Virus record (IMG/VR): IMGVR_UViG_3300023174_006137
Coordinates: 32,001-96,000 of that record
DNA: 64,000 bases
Strand: one strand, 5' to 3'
Source: a virus
In this document: positions 41,867-52,630 of the stretch, piece after piece
How the letters are laid out: every line of letters starts with the position of its first letter
Numbering within the stretch: position 1 is the stretch's first letter
The notes under the pieces: generated by a model
Told to the model about the DNA's origin: nothing
The model's input: only the letters and a program-made list of their open reading frames with translations
The model's database searches: none
Made by a program: the position numbers and the translations under genes

Positions 41867-42994
41867 ATGTACGAAAAAAATTATACAATAAGAAAAAAAT
41901 GCATTTTTTGTAAAAATGATTTAAATAAAGATTACTTTAAAAGTGATCTAAAAAACTATGTTGGACATTATGCTGTTGAATTAGAAGAAACAAATTTTAC
42001 AGAAATACCTTTTAATGTTTGCATATGCGAAAAATGTAATACTCCACAAATTAAATATTTAGCAGATATAAATGAAGTTTATAAAATAAATCATGCTGAT
42101 AGTACAGGAACTACAATGGTAAATTTACATAAACTAAATTTAGAATTTATTCTTAAATATCATTCATATATCAAAAATGTGATTGAAATAGGTAGTTCAA
42201 AGGGTGTTTTAGCAGATATGATTTTAGAAAATTTAAAATTAAATTACTATATAATAGAGCCAAATTTTTTCGGTGACAGAAATAATAAAATTATTATAAA
42301 TGATTTTTACGAAAATGTAAATGATGAGGAAATAGATGCTGATACCTTAATTATTTCACATGTTTTTGAACATTTTTATGAACCATTGCAAATTTTAAAT
42401 AAAATTCATAAAAATAAAAAGATTAAAAATTTCTTTTTAGTTTTTCCTGATTTGGAATATTATATTAACAATAATGTTTTACACTTATTAAATACTGAAC
42501 ATACTTATTATATAGATAATAATTTTTTAATTAATTTGTTAAAAAGTTATGGTTTCAATTTAGTTGAAAAAATTGATTATATAAATCATTCAGTTTTATT
42601 TTATTTTAGAAGAGAAACAGTTAAACAAATCCAAGATTTGGATTTTAAAAATAAAAATTATAATATTGATTTATATTTTAATCGGATTAATAAAACTGTT
42701 GAATTATTTAATTCTGTATTGGAATTAAATAATACTGTTTATTTGTGGCCTGCCTCGATACACAGTCAATATTTATTTATATTTGGATTAAATTATCAAA
42801 AATTAAAAGGGTTATTAGATAATAGCAAATTGAAAATAAATAAAAAAATATATGGTTCAAATTTAAATGTATATTCATTTTCTGATACTATTAAAAATAA
42901 TGATATTATATTTTTAATAAATGGTGGCGTTTTCTATAAAGAAATAGAAAATACTTTAAAACAAAATAATATCAAATATTATACAAATGAATAA
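41867..42994 (+). CDS. Zn-binding SAM-dependent methyltransferase (NDP-sugar C-methyltransferase-like)
   Basis: CIFC...CEKC, IEIGSSKG, SHVFEH, EH.YY; C-terminal LDNS..K. Confidence 0.8.
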   Translation: MYEKNYTIRKKCIFCKNDLNKDYFKSDLKNYVGHYAVELEETNFTEIPFNVCICEKCNTPQIKYLADINEVYKINHADSTGTTMVNLHKLNLEFILKYHSYIKNVIEIGSSKGVLADMILENLKLNYYIIEPNFFGDRNNKIIINDFYENVNDEEIDADTLIISHVFEHFYEPLQILNKIHKNKKIKNFFLVFPDLEYYINNNVLHLLNTEHTYYIDNNFLINLLKSYGFNLVEKIDYINHSVLFYFRRETVKQIQDLDFKNKNYNIDLYFNRINKTVELFNSVLELNNTVYLWPASIHSQYLFIFGLNYQKLKGLLDNSKLKINKKIYGSNLNVYSFSDTIKNNDIIFLINGGVFYKEIENTLKQNNIKYYTNE

Positions 42995-44552
42995 TATACA
43001 ACTTATTATACCAATGTCTGGTATAGGTAAAAGATTTTTAGAAGCAGGTTATACTAATCCAAAGCCATTAATTGAAATTGAGGGGAAGCCAATGATTCAA
43101 CATGTAGTTGAGTTATTTACTGGTGTTAAGGATGTTTCGTTTATTTGTAATGAGATTCATTTAAAGGAAACAAATATGAGGCAAATATTGGAAAAAATTG
43201 TTCCAAATTGTAAAATTTATTCTGTTTCAAATGAAAATAGAAAAGGACCAGTTGATGCAGTTTTACAAATTAAAAATTATATTAACGATGATAAAGAAGT
43301 TATTGTTAGTTATTGTGACTATGGAACCGTATGGGATTTTAAAAATTTTTTAAATGAAACAAGAAAAGCTAAATCAGATGGTGCTATACCATGTTATATA
43401 GGTTTTCATCCACATATGTTAGGTTCCGATAATTATGCTTTCTGTAAAACAGAAAGAAAATTTTTATTACAAATAAAAGAAAAAGAATCTTTTACTGATA
43501 ATAAAATGAACGAATATGCTTCTAATGGAACTTATTATTTCAAATCTGGCTCAATACTTAAAAAATATTTTCAAAAATTAATTGATTTAGATATCAATCT
43601 AAAAGGAGAATATTATGTTAGTTTAGTTTATAATTTATTAGTAAATGATGGTTTGAAAGTCAATATTTTTGAAATTGAGAAAATGCTACAATGGGGAACT
43701 CCTTATGATTTAGAAATTTATAAAGGATGGTCAAATTATTTCAACAATATTAAAACAGAACAACCAAAAATTAAACACAATGATGACGTAACTTTAATTC
43801 TTCCAATGGCTGGAAAAGGTAGTCGTTTCTCAGAACAAGGTTATAAAAATCCAAAACCATTAATTGACGTTGATGGAAAACCTATGATTATAAAAGCAGT
43901 TGATTGCTTACCACAAACTAATAAGAAAATATTTATTTGTTTAAAAGAACATGTGGAACAATATAAAATTGATAATATCTTAAAAGAATACTATAAAAAT
44001 ACAGAAGTTTTAAGTATAGATACAACTACGGAGGGTCAAGCATGCACATGTGAATTAGGAATTAATGAATTTAATATAGATTTAGAAAAACCTATTTTAA
44101 TTTCTGCTTGCGATAATGGTGTATATTATGATACTCAAAAATATATAGATTTAGTTAATGATGAAAATAATGATATAATTGTTTGGAGTTTTAGAAATAA
44201 TCAAACAAGTAAAGTAAATCCAAATATGTATGCTTGGTTAAAAGTTGATGATAATAATTTCATAGAAAATGTATCTTGTAAAAAATTCATATATGACGAT
44301 CCATTAAAAACCCATGCTATAATAGGAACTATGTTTTTTAGAAAAGCAAAATATTTTATTGACGGTTTAAACAAAAATTATATTAATAATATAAGAACTA
44401 ATAATGAGTTTTATGTTGATGATGTATTAAACCAGAACATTAAAGATGGTTTAAAATTAAAAGTTTTTGAAGTAAAAAACTATATTTGCTGGGGCACACC
44501 AGACGATTATAAAACATATAATTATTGGAAAGATTTTTTCAAAACATTTTAA
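42987..44552 (+). CDS. Tandem two-domain nucleotidyltransferase
   Basis: [10 protein letters not shown]...PKPLI...EYYVS...WGTP repeated as [10 protein letters not shown]...PKPLI...EFYVD...WGTP. Confidence 0.9.
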   Translation: MNNIQLIIPMSGIGKRFLEAGYTNPKPLIEIEGKPMIQHVVELFTGVKDVSFICNEIHLKETNMRQILEKIVPNCKIYSVSNENRKGPVDAVLQIKNYINDDKEVIVSYCDYGTVWDFKNFLNETRKAKSDGAIPCYIGFHPHMLGSDNYAFCKTERKFLLQIKEKESFTDNKMNEYASNGTYYFKSGSILKKYFQKLIDLDINLKGEYYVSLVYNLLVNDGLKVNIFEIEKMLQWGTPYDLEIYKGWSNYFNNIKTEQPKIKHNDDVTLILPMAGKGSRFSEQGYKNPKPLIDVDGKPMIIKAVDCLPQTNKKIFICLKEHVEQYKIDNILKEYYKNTEVLSIDTTTEGQACTCELGINEFNIDLEKPILISACDNGVYYDTQKYIDLVNDENNDIIVWSFRNNQTSKVNPNMYAWLKVDDNNFIENVSCKKFIYDDPLKTHAIIGTMFFRKAKYFIDGLNKNYINNIRTNNEFYVDDVLNQNIKDGLKLKVFEVKNYICWGTPDDYKTYNYWKDFFKTF

Positions 44553-44568
44553 AATTAATGTAAGCTAC

Positions 44569-45657
44569 ATGAATAAAAAAGCATTTATCACAGGAATCAC
44601 AGGACAGGACGGCTCTTATCTAGTCGAACTTTTAATATCAAAAGGATACACAGTACATGGTTTAAAAAGACGTTCTTCTTCTTTTAATACTTCAAGAATT
44701 GATCACTTGTATCAAGATCCACATGAAGAAAACAAAAAATTAATTCTTCATTATGGTGATATGACAGATTCTTCTGGATTAATTAGATTAATTCAACAAA
44801 TTCAACCAGACGAAATTTATAATTTGGCAGCACAATCACATGTCAAAGTTTCATTTGAAACACCAGAATATACAGCTAATGCTGACGGATTAGGTACACT
44901 TCGTATATTAGAAGCAATTAGAATTTTAGGCTTGGAAAAGAAAACTAAATTTTACCAAGCATCAACTTCTGAAATGTTTGGTAGAGTTCAAGAAATTCCA
45001 CAAACTGAAAAAACACCTTTTTATCCAGTATCGCCGTATGGTTCAGCTAAATTATACGCACACTGGATAACAAAAAATTATCGTGAATCTTATAATATGT
45101 TTGCTTGTTCTGGCATTCTTTTCAATCATGAAAGTCCGGTTCGTGGTGAAACATTCGTAACGAGAAAAATTACAAGAGCTGTTGCCGCTATTTATCATGG
45201 TTTAAATAACGTGCTTTATATTGGAAATCTCGATGCTGAAAGAGATTGGGGACACGCAAAAGATTATGTTGAGGGAATGTGGCTTATGTTACAACAAGAA
45301 ACACCGGATGACTATATTTTAGCAACTAATCGCAAAATGTCAGTTAGAAGATTTATTGAATTATCATTTGCAGAAATAGGTAAAAAAATAAAATGGTCTG
45401 GCGAAGGTGTTGATGAAATAGGATTTGATGTTAATACTGGTGATGTTTTAGTTAAAATTGATCCTAAGTATTTTAGACCAAATGAAGTTGATTTACTTTT
45501 AGGTGATTATACAAAAGCAAAAACAGAATTAGGTTGGGAACCTAAATATACAGTAGAAGAAATAATTAAAGAAATGATAGAATCGGATATTAAATTATTT
45601 GAAAAAGATAAATATTTACAAAACGGTGGATTTGAGATTTTTAATCATTACGAATAA
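44569..45657 (+). CDS. gmd: GDP-mannose 4,6-dehydratase
   Basis: [49 protein letters not shown] and RDWGHA motifs. Confidence 0.97.
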   Translation: MNKKAFITGITGQDGSYLVELLISKGYTVHGLKRRSSSFNTSRIDHLYQDPHEENKKLILHYGDMTDSSGLIRLIQQIQPDEIYNLAAQSHVKVSFETPEYTANADGLGTLRILEAIRILGLEKKTKFYQASTSEMFGRVQEIPQTEKTPFYPVSPYGSAKLYAHWITKNYRESYNMFACSGILFNHESPVRGETFVTRKITRAVAAIYHGLNNVLYIGNLDAERDWGHAKDYVEGMWLMLQQETPDDYILATNRKMSVRRFIELSFAEIGKKIKWSGEGVDEIGFDVNTGDVLVKIDPKYFRPNEVDLLLGDYTKAKTELGWEPKYTVEEIIKEMIESDIKLFEKDKYLQNGGFEIFNHYE

Positions 45658-45679
45658 TTTAATATGTGAAATTTTTAAC

Positions 45680-45716
45680 AAAAAAGCAAATATTTTAACA
45701 AAATATTTGCTTTTTT
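45680..45716 (+). terminator. 17-bp stem terminator ending the glyco operon
   Basis: AAAAAAGCAAATATTTT-aac-AAAATATTTGCTTTTTT; the 3' arm contains the TTTG of a probable downstream promoter (TATTTTCG at 45730-45737). Confidence 0.65.
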
Positions 45717-45760
45717 CGTTTATTTATACTATTTTCGTAAAAAATTATCTTAAAAGAAGT

Positions 45761-48067
45761 ATGAATAAAATCACACACGGAGGTATCTATAAAATACATA
45801 GAGCCAAATTATTTGAAAATGTTAATAGTTACACAGATTTAGTAAAAACTATCAAAAAATGGGGTAAAAATAACCCAAATGAAAATGACACAGGTTACAA
45901 TAAATTAGTAGGTATGGCTTATGAAATTTTCTTCCATTTTTGGGGATTAACTTGTGGTCATAATGTGGGTGTTAGTATAAAAGATTTGCAAGATACGAGT
46001 TATGATGAACATAATCGTGGTGATGACTTTTTATACACCAGTTTATTTGATGAACCTGGTGGAATACAGGTTAAATTTCGTTCTTCTGGTATTTATCAGT
46101 TTCATAATGGAGCATTAGATGGTTTTTTACAAAAAACACGTGCCGTGAATCACATGTGTCGTCCTAATAATACAATATTATTTATAAGTATAGACGATCA
46201 TCCAAAATTATTTCATTATGCTTATGATGCGGCGATAAGGAGAGAAATAAGAATAATTGATAGAAAAGTACAAGAATATTATATAAACCTTGAACCAGAC
46301 TTTTGGAATAGATTTAGAGAATGTATAAAAGAATCAGCAAAAAAAGAATTCCTTGATGACCCTGAACTAAGAGATGTGCAAAAAACTATCTTATATGGTA
46401 ATCAATTTTATAAAGGTACACAACAAGTTATTAATAGGCTAACAGAAAAAGGAAGAGTTGAAGCTTCAACCGCTACCGGTAAAACACTATGTATTAAAAA
46501 AGATATTGAAAATGCGTTTAATACTAAAAGAAAAATTGTTGTATTAACAATACCATGGCGAGCATTGATAGGGCAAACTTTTACAGATTATTATACACAT
46601 AAATTATTTGGTTGGCAAGACAAACAAGGTGTGATTCATAATCAAGATAAACCATCTTGCGTGGTTGTTATGTCAGGCGAAAATTTGTGTTATGATGATG
46701 AAATAGCTGATGTGCATCAATGTTTAACTTCTGAACTTTTGGAAGGAAAAATTACTTCAAATTTAGTTAAAGATAAAAAAACTCTTATTATTATAACTAA
46801 GGATTCTTATGATAAATGGTATGATAAAGAAAAAAATAATGGTGTTTTCACAAGCTTAATTGAAAAAAAATTAATCAATAAAGATGATGTTTTTGAAATA
46901 TTTGACGAATATCATAACATGATTCCAATTACTGGTGATAGAGATAAACATCTTTTAACTGCTAATTTTTTACAAACTTTATCTGAAAGAAATTCAGGAA
47001 CAATTTTTTATAGCGCAAGTAATAAAAATGGTGAATTAGTTAGTTCTTTTAACGAAAAACAATTTGGAACACTTTTAGCTAAAATAACAAGAAATGATCT
47101 AAGAGTCAGAGGTTATGTTTGTCCTGGTTTAGAATTTCGTTTTATATCAATAAAAAATATTTATGCCTCGGCTGAGGATAGACGAAGAATGGAAAATAAA
47201 GGAGTTGATTTAAATTTAGCACAAATAGAAGCAGCTGGTATAGTTACGGCATATGAAGATATTGTCCGCAATTACTATAAACAGCCTAATATGATGACAT
47301 TTGGTAGTCATGTTCCGGGTTGCGCATTTATAAATGCTGATGAAGGAATAAAAGATAAATTACAAGATGTTAATTTACATCTTATGTATTGCGACACGCC
47401 AAATACAGATAGAGCAAAAATTATTGACATTATTAAAAAAACAGGAAATAATATTTTAAATCAACATTCTGTAGCTGGCGAAGGTGTTAATATTCCCAAT
47501 TTACATTCTATTATTATACATCGTGGAATGAGTTTTAAAAGTTTGCAACAAGCAATTGGTAGAAGTGATAGAGCATTACTTGAAGATACTATAAACTTTC
47601 AAAAAGGTCTTATAACATTAGATAATCCAATTGGATGGAAAAAATATTGGAATATAGTTTATGTAATCATTGATGATGATGATGATAAAAATACACAACG
47701 CTTAATTATAGAGTTAGCTAAATATCTTTTAAATAATGGTATTCCGGAAAATAAATGGGCTTTTTCTGCAGTTGAATATGAGCAAAAAGTTGGTGTAGAT
47801 AATAAAATGCAAAAAGGAGCTTATCGTGATTTTGAGACAAATTTTGATAGGAATAAATTGGATAATATGGTCAATAAAGCTATTATTAAAGCAAAAGAAG
47901 AAGTTGAAAATGAATTAGCATCGCTTGATGACATTTATTTTAAAGAAATTGATTTTGAAAAAGAAATGGCTAATTTCGAAGTTGAAAAATGGTATAACAA
48001 TTTAAGTACTGAAGAATTATACCAATATGCAAAAAATATTTGTGAAGATAAAAATGACAATAGATAG
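45761..48067 (+). CDS. Mrr-like nuclease plus SF2 (DExH) helicase, restriction-subunit-like
   Basis: N-terminal E...GDD...IQVKF (D..QxK); TATGKT, FDEYH, SAS, GEGVNIP and QQAIGRSDR motifs; likely start ATG 45761. Confidence 0.8.
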   Translation: MNKITHGGIYKIHRAKLFENVNSYTDLVKTIKKWGKNNPNENDTGYNKLVGMAYEIFFHFWGLTCGHNVGVSIKDLQDTSYDEHNRGDDFLYTSLFDEPGGIQVKFRSSGIYQFHNGALDGFLQKTRAVNHMCRPNNTILFISIDDHPKLFHYAYDAAIRREIRIIDRKVQEYYINLEPDFWNRFRECIKESAKKEFLDDPELRDVQKTILYGNQFYKGTQQVINRLTEKGRVEASTATGKTLCIKKDIENAFNTKRKIVVLTIPWRALIGQTFTDYYTHKLFGWQDKQGVIHNQDKPSCVVVMSGENLCYDDEIADVHQCLTSELLEGKITSNLVKDKKTLIIITKDSYDKWYDKEKNNGVFTSLIEKKLINKDDVFEIFDEYHNMIPITGDRDKHLLTANFLQTLSERNSGTIFYSASNKNGELVSSFNEKQFGTLLAKITRNDLRVRGYVCPGLEFRFISIKNIYASAEDRRRMENKGVDLNLAQIEAAGIVTAYEDIVRNYYKQPNMMTFGSHVPGCAFINADEGIKDKLQDVNLHLMYCDTPNTDRAKIIDIIKKTGNNILNQHSVAGEGVNIPNLHSIIIHRGMSFKSLQQAIGRSDRALLEDTINFQKGLITLDNPIGWKKYWNIVYVIIDDDDDKNTQRLIIELAKYLLNNGIPENKWAFSAVEYEQKVGVDNKMQKGAYRDFETNFDRNKLDNMVNKAIIKAKEEVENELASLDDIYFKEIDFEKEMANFEVEKWYNNLSTEELYQYAKNICEDKNDNR

Positions 48068-49547
48068 AGAAATAATTTATAATATAAATTTCCAAAAATG
48101 TAAATTAAATCCTTATTTTAATTTTTTTGAAATAACAAATTTGGAAAATCCAGAGAATATTAAAAAAGCATATTTTCTGTTAAATAATGATAAAAAATAT
48201 GCTTTGAATATTTTAGAAATTATTAAAAAGAAAATTTCTAATCAAATTTCTTGGTATGATTATTTTGAAGAGATAATAGATATATATCAAAAATTTAATT
48301 CAAAAACATCAGATTTTATACCACTTTATATGGTTGATAAAATATTAAGTAATTATACATCAAAAGATTTTTCAAATACATTATTAAAATGGTTTAATCC
48401 ATCTAACGCAGAGGGTATCTTTATATTTCGCTTAATTCAAAAATTATTAGAAAATTTAAAAGATATAAAATGGCTCGAAAATGAAAATATTCGTTATAAA
48501 TGGATAATTGAAAAAATGATATATGTTTGTGAAAATGATTCATTGTCAATGTTTAATTATATGTTATTAATTGATCCTGATTGTAAATTTAAATTAAATG
48601 CATACTATGGTTCTTATATAACAAAATCTTTTGATAAAGTAAAAGAAAATGATTGGAAATTAGGTACTGATACTCGTATTTTTGGAATTCCTCCATCTAA
48701 AAATACTTTGAGTAGAAGTTGTGTTAAATTTATTAATAAATCTTTAACCATTTCTAATTATATTAACTTTATAACACCTCATTCTATAGCATGGTCAATT
48801 AGTAAAACTATTACGGAATTGAGAAAAAAAATGCAAACAACCGAAAATTATATAGATAATAGAGTTGAAAGCAAAGATGCATTTACAAAAGGAAAAATTA
48901 TAGTAACAACTATTAAATCAGAAAAATTAAACACTAAAATACTAAACAAAGACGGTGTAATAGAAATAGATAACAAAGATATACACAAAAGACTTCCAAT
49001 TAAAAATAAAGTAGTAACTTCTATAATAAATAAAATAGATTCTAAGCCAAATAAACTAGAATATGTGTATGATTTTAAAAATCATACTAATAAAACAACC
49101 TCTAAAGAGTTATTAAAATATGGGTTAGCTTCGGAAACACAGGATGATATTTTTAAATATCCAATGCATCATTCTTCTTCTAAAATTCTCTATGTTAGAG
49201 AAGAATTCAAAACTTGGAAAAAATTAAAAGTAGCTTTTAATTATAGTGGAAATTTTATAGGCAAAAATAGAAAAGGCGGAGAACATATGTTTTCAACAAC
49301 AAATCTTATAGGAAAACAAATGGTGGGAGTATTAGTTAATTCACAAGAAGAAGCTAATATAATTATTCATAATTATTCTAATAAAATTTTTGAATTTTAT
49401 ATAAAAAATGAAAAATCAAGTGGATTTAATACTGGACTTCATTATCTACCTAAATTGCCTCTTGTGAAACTTTCGGATAAAGATCTGTATACTTATTTTG
49501 ATTTTACACAAGAAGAAATTAATTTAATTGAAAAAATTAAGATATAA
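48054..49547 (+). CDS. Degenerate N6-adenine methyltransferase-like protein with TRD-like C-terminus
   Basis: FIPL.MVDKIL, WFNPSNAEGIF (motif I eroded), FGIPPS (NPPY eroded), FITP.S; ends LY.YF.FT.EEI.LIE. Confidence 0.65.
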   Translation: MTIDREIIYNINFQKCKLNPYFNFFEITNLENPENIKKAYFLLNNDKKYALNILEIIKKKISNQISWYDYFEEIIDIYQKFNSKTSDFIPLYMVDKILSNYTSKDFSNTLLKWFNPSNAEGIFIFRLIQKLLENLKDIKWLENENIRYKWIIEKMIYVCENDSLSMFNYMLLIDPDCKFKLNAYYGSYITKSFDKVKENDWKLGTDTRIFGIPPSKNTLSRSCVKFINKSLTISNYINFITPHSIAWSISKTITELRKKMQTTENYIDNRVESKDAFTKGKIIVTTIKSEKLNTKILNKDGVIEIDNKDIHKRLPIKNKVVTSIINKIDSKPNKLEYVYDFKNHTNKTTSKELLKYGLASETQDDIFKYPMHHSSSKILYVREEFKTWKKLKVAFNYSGNFIGKNRKGGEHMFSTTNLIGKQMVGVLVNSQEEANIIIHNYSNKIFEFYIKNEKSSGFNTGLHYLPKLPLVKLSDKDLYTYFDFTQEEINLIEKIKI

Positions 49548-50180
49548 TTAAGTATTATTTAAAATAATTGGCACAATATTAGGGTTACTATTACCAAGTA
49601 CAGCTGGATTTCCGACATCAACAATTTTGGTTTTATTTAATAAGAAATCTAATTCAATAAAATTAAAATTAAAGGTAATCGTAAATTCAGCTGGATTTAT
49701 CTTTTGAACCGAATAATCAAAAAGACAATCAGATAAATTCATAGCAATTAATTGATAAAACCTTATTTGATATACAGAATTTCTCCACATATCAAGTGTT
49801 GTTATAGTAAATGGTTCGATAAATAAATTTTGAGTATCTAAATAATGTTTTTGAAAAATATCATACATTAACATATAATTAGCATGTCCATCTACATCAC
49901 GAAAAGTAACCGTAATTTCATGTGATGCAACTATATCTTGAACTGGAGTAGCTGGTTTATAAGAAATTTTCTTACCTCTCATAATTGTTTGCGAAGGTGG
50001 TGTAATAGCTAGTCCTGGAAAACTTACAGATTTAATTGTTGAGTTTAAATAATCAATAATATTTTCATATGGCATTTTATATTTTTCCAAAAATCCACGG
50101 TAATCATTTATTACCGTTGGTGGTAAAAAATCTGATGGAAATTGAAATATAAATGAACTACTTAATGTAGAAAGTCTCAT
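49548..50180 (-). CDS. Tail tube/baseplate-like structural protein
   Basis: IKSVSFPG, ITVTF.D.D...NY and F.ITF.F beta pattern of T4 gp19/gp54-like proteins; TATATA box upstream. Confidence 0.55.
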   Translation of the reverse strand: MRLSTLSSSFIFQFPSDFLPPTVINDYRGFLEKYKMPYENIIDYLNSTIKSVSFPGLAITPPSQTIMRGKKISYKPATPVQDIVASHEITVTFRDVDGHANYMLMYDIFQKHYLDTQNLFIEPFTITTLDMWRNSVYQIRFYQLIAMNLSDCLFDYSVQKINPAEFTITFNFNFIELDFLLNKTKIVDVGNPAVLGNSNPNIVPIILNNT

Positions 50181-50217
50181 AAAAAAAAGATGTTTTTATT
50201 ATATATTTAATTATATT

Positions 50218-52590
50218 TTATCTTGTCCCAGTTCCCCTAACGGCCTGATTAGCATTTTTATTATTACTGACACCACCGCCACCACCAGCTCCGCCAGGAT
50301 TATAAATTCCTGATGGCAATGTTATGTAGTGTAATAATCCGTAAGCATATATTGAACCGTCTTTATTTGTAGAATCAAATAACATTTGACCATTATTTAT
50401 ATTACCATCAGGTGATAATAACCATTTACTATCACTTGTTCTTAAATACATTACTATCTTGCTTCCAACTATTTTACCTGTTCCGCCTTCTTTATTATAG
50501 GCATCAGTAACTTCTTGTAATGTATAAGATTTAACTATTTTAGAAGATACATTTTGTATGGTAAGTGTAGTATCTGTATACCATAAATTGTATGTACCAC
50601 CGGCATAATTAAACGAACTAATAGTTGGTACATTACTTGGTGTTGTTGCTGGTGCTGTTGCTGTGATATTATTTCTTGTTTTTTGATCTTGTGAAGAAAT
50701 TGTATTATTTCTTGTTTTTTGATCTTGTGAAGAAATTGTATTATTTCTCGTTTTCTGGTCTTCAATAGAATTGGTTATTGTGTTATTTAATACATAAGAA
50801 TTTTGCAACATTTCTTTATCTATTGTTGCTACTTTTGCTGGTACAGAAACGAACATTTCATTTTTATCTTTCAAGTCTCTAACATTTAGTTGTACTGGTG
50901 TTGAAGCAGCCGCTATTTGATTAATCGCTGATTGTAACAAATTATTTATATTTGTAACAGAATCATACATATCAAATAACCCAGAATAAATAACAGAAGT
51001 TGAATTTTGTTGTGTGCTGGTTATATAAAATACATTAGTTCCTGAATTCGCTATAGTTCTTAAATTAGAAACAGAAGATGCTGGAATTAAAAATGTTACA
51101 ATTCCTTTTGATATGTCTAAATCTGAATTATTCGTATAAAGCGGAAAATCATATTGTGATTGCGCATTTTTAAAACTAATTTTAATAGTTCCATAAGATG
51201 TTAAATCATATGGTGCCAAATCAGCAGCACTTGCAGATGCTCCACTTGCTCTTGAATTATATAAATTTATTTTAACATATGTGTCAAAAGGTTTAAGGAT
51301 AATCAATAATTTACCTTCTCCATAATATAGTTTTGATCCAGCCACTACATTATCTGATTGTGCAACTACATTTGCAGACTCAACTAATACAGAATATGGA
51401 ATACTCACTGTTTGAACACTTGTTACAGGTGAAACTTGATAATTACTATTACCATTATTATTTCTTGTATTATATATTTTTGGCTTAGTAGCGTTTGATA
51501 AATTAATTTTACTTAAATATCTACTAAATTTAGAAACTTGATTTGGTAACATACCATAAGATGCCTTTCTAACAATTGTAGAATTATCCACAGCATCAAT
51601 TATATTCATTTCAACTTGTATTATAGCTGTTGTGCTTGAATATTTAATTATAGGACGAAATTCAATTGGTGTATTAAAATTATCTGTAACGGTTATTTTT
51701 AAAGAATTTCCCCTTATATTTTGCTCATACATAGTAATTGTGTAAACAACATAATAGCGATTTCCTAAATAAATAGAATTATTAATCCATTCATTAAATC
51801 CAGCAATCGTACCGTCAAATATGCCATAAATTTCAAAGAAATCGCCGTCATCTGCAGGTTGAATTACAACACCTACTTGTTGAAATTCTGGTAATTGTGG
51901 TATATTTGTAAGTAAAGGACCACCTAATTTGTAAGTTTTAATACCATTAATTGTTTGTGAAGTATTAATAAAACTAAATTCAATAAAAATTGGTGTTTGT
52001 TGATTTAAACCTATTCCTTGTGTTAAATTAAAATTAACACTATTTTCTGTTGTTATATTACTTGTTCTTTGATTAGATAAAGCATATACAGAAGGAATAG
52101 AAATAGTTAATTCTTTGCCCCATAAAGTTTCATTATAGATAAAAGGAGGATTTGTGTAGTTTATATAACTTTTGGTATTTACATTAGTTACATCATAAAA
52201 GAAATTACATAAATCATATTGTTTTAAATTATTGAAATCAAATGCATAAACTCTTAAATAAAAGCCTATATTATTTCCAAATGTATAACTAATAGGTAAA
52301 TGTATAATGATAGTATCGTATCTTAAAGGAAATCCAGTTGAATAATTATTAACTTGTAAAAACGAATAATTTGACACATCAGTAATACCATACGTTCTTG
52401 TTATAGAATCTATTGGAAATAAATTATTAGATATAGTATTTAAAGAACCAGAAGTAGTAGATAAAAAAGAATTTTTTGAATCTTTTGTATTAACCAAAAT
52501 TTCATATGGTTCGCTTATCAAATTGGAATCATCGTAAATGTATTCCATTAAGATATTTGCATCAAGATTAACATATTTAGAAAGTCTCAT
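50218..52590 (-). CDS. Large virion structural protein (baseplate/tail-associated), Ser/Thr/Asn-rich
   Basis: 790 aa, beta-rich composition; TATATA box upstream; structural context. Confidence 0.65.
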   Translation of the reverse strand: MRLSKYVNLDANILMEYIYDDSNLISEPYEILVNTKDSKNSFLSTTSGSLNTISNNLFPIDSITRTYGITDVSNYSFLQVNNYSTGFPLRYDTIIIHLPISYTFGNNIGFYLRVYAFDFNNLKQYDLCNFFYDVTNVNTKSYINYTNPPFIYNETLWGKELTISIPSVYALSNQRTSNITTENSVNFNLTQGIGLNQQTPIFIEFSFINTSQTINGIKTYKLGGPLLTNIPQLPEFQQVGVVIQPADDGDFFEIYGIFDGTIAGFNEWINNSIYLGNRYYVVYTITMYEQNIRGNSLKITVTDNFNTPIEFRPIIKYSSTTAIIQVEMNIIDAVDNSTIVRKASYGMLPNQVSKFSRYLSKINLSNATKPKIYNTRNNNGNSNYQVSPVTSVQTVSIPYSVLVESANVVAQSDNVVAGSKLYYGEGKLLIILKPFDTYVKINLYNSRASGASASAADLAPYDLTSYGTIKISFKNAQSQYDFPLYTNNSDLDISKGIVTFLIPASSVSNLRTIANSGTNVFYITSTQQNSTSVIYSGLFDMYDSVTNINNLLQSAINQIAAASTPVQLNVRDLKDKNEMFVSVPAKVATIDKEMLQNSYVLNNTITNSIEDQKTRNNTISSQDQKTRNNTISSQDQKTRNNITATAPATTPSNVPTISSFNYAGGTYNLWYTDTTLTIQNVSSKIVKSYTLQEVTDAYNKEGGTGKIVGSKIVMYLRTSDSKWLLSPDGNINNGQMLFDSTNKDGSIYAYGLLHYITLPSGIYNPGGAGGGGGVSNNKNANQAVRGTGTR
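50667..50774. repeat. 36-bp in-frame tandem repeat (2 identical copies and 1 degenerate)
   Basis: Unit TATTATTTCTTGTTTTTTGATCTTGTGAAGAAATTG encoding TISSQDQKTRNN. Confidence 0.9.
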
Positions 52591-52604
52591 ACATTATATA
52601 TAAA

Positions 52605-52630
52605 AAAATAACCTTTATAAAGGTTATTTT
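52605..52630. terminator. Perfect 26-bp palindrome, probable terminator
   Basis: AAAATAACCTTTATAAAGGTTATTTT. Confidence 0.6.

Noticed and set aside
50667-50774. CRISPR array (36-bp repeat, a length typical of Bacteroidota)
   Set aside because: Repeats are directly adjacent with no spacers and lie in frame within a CDS
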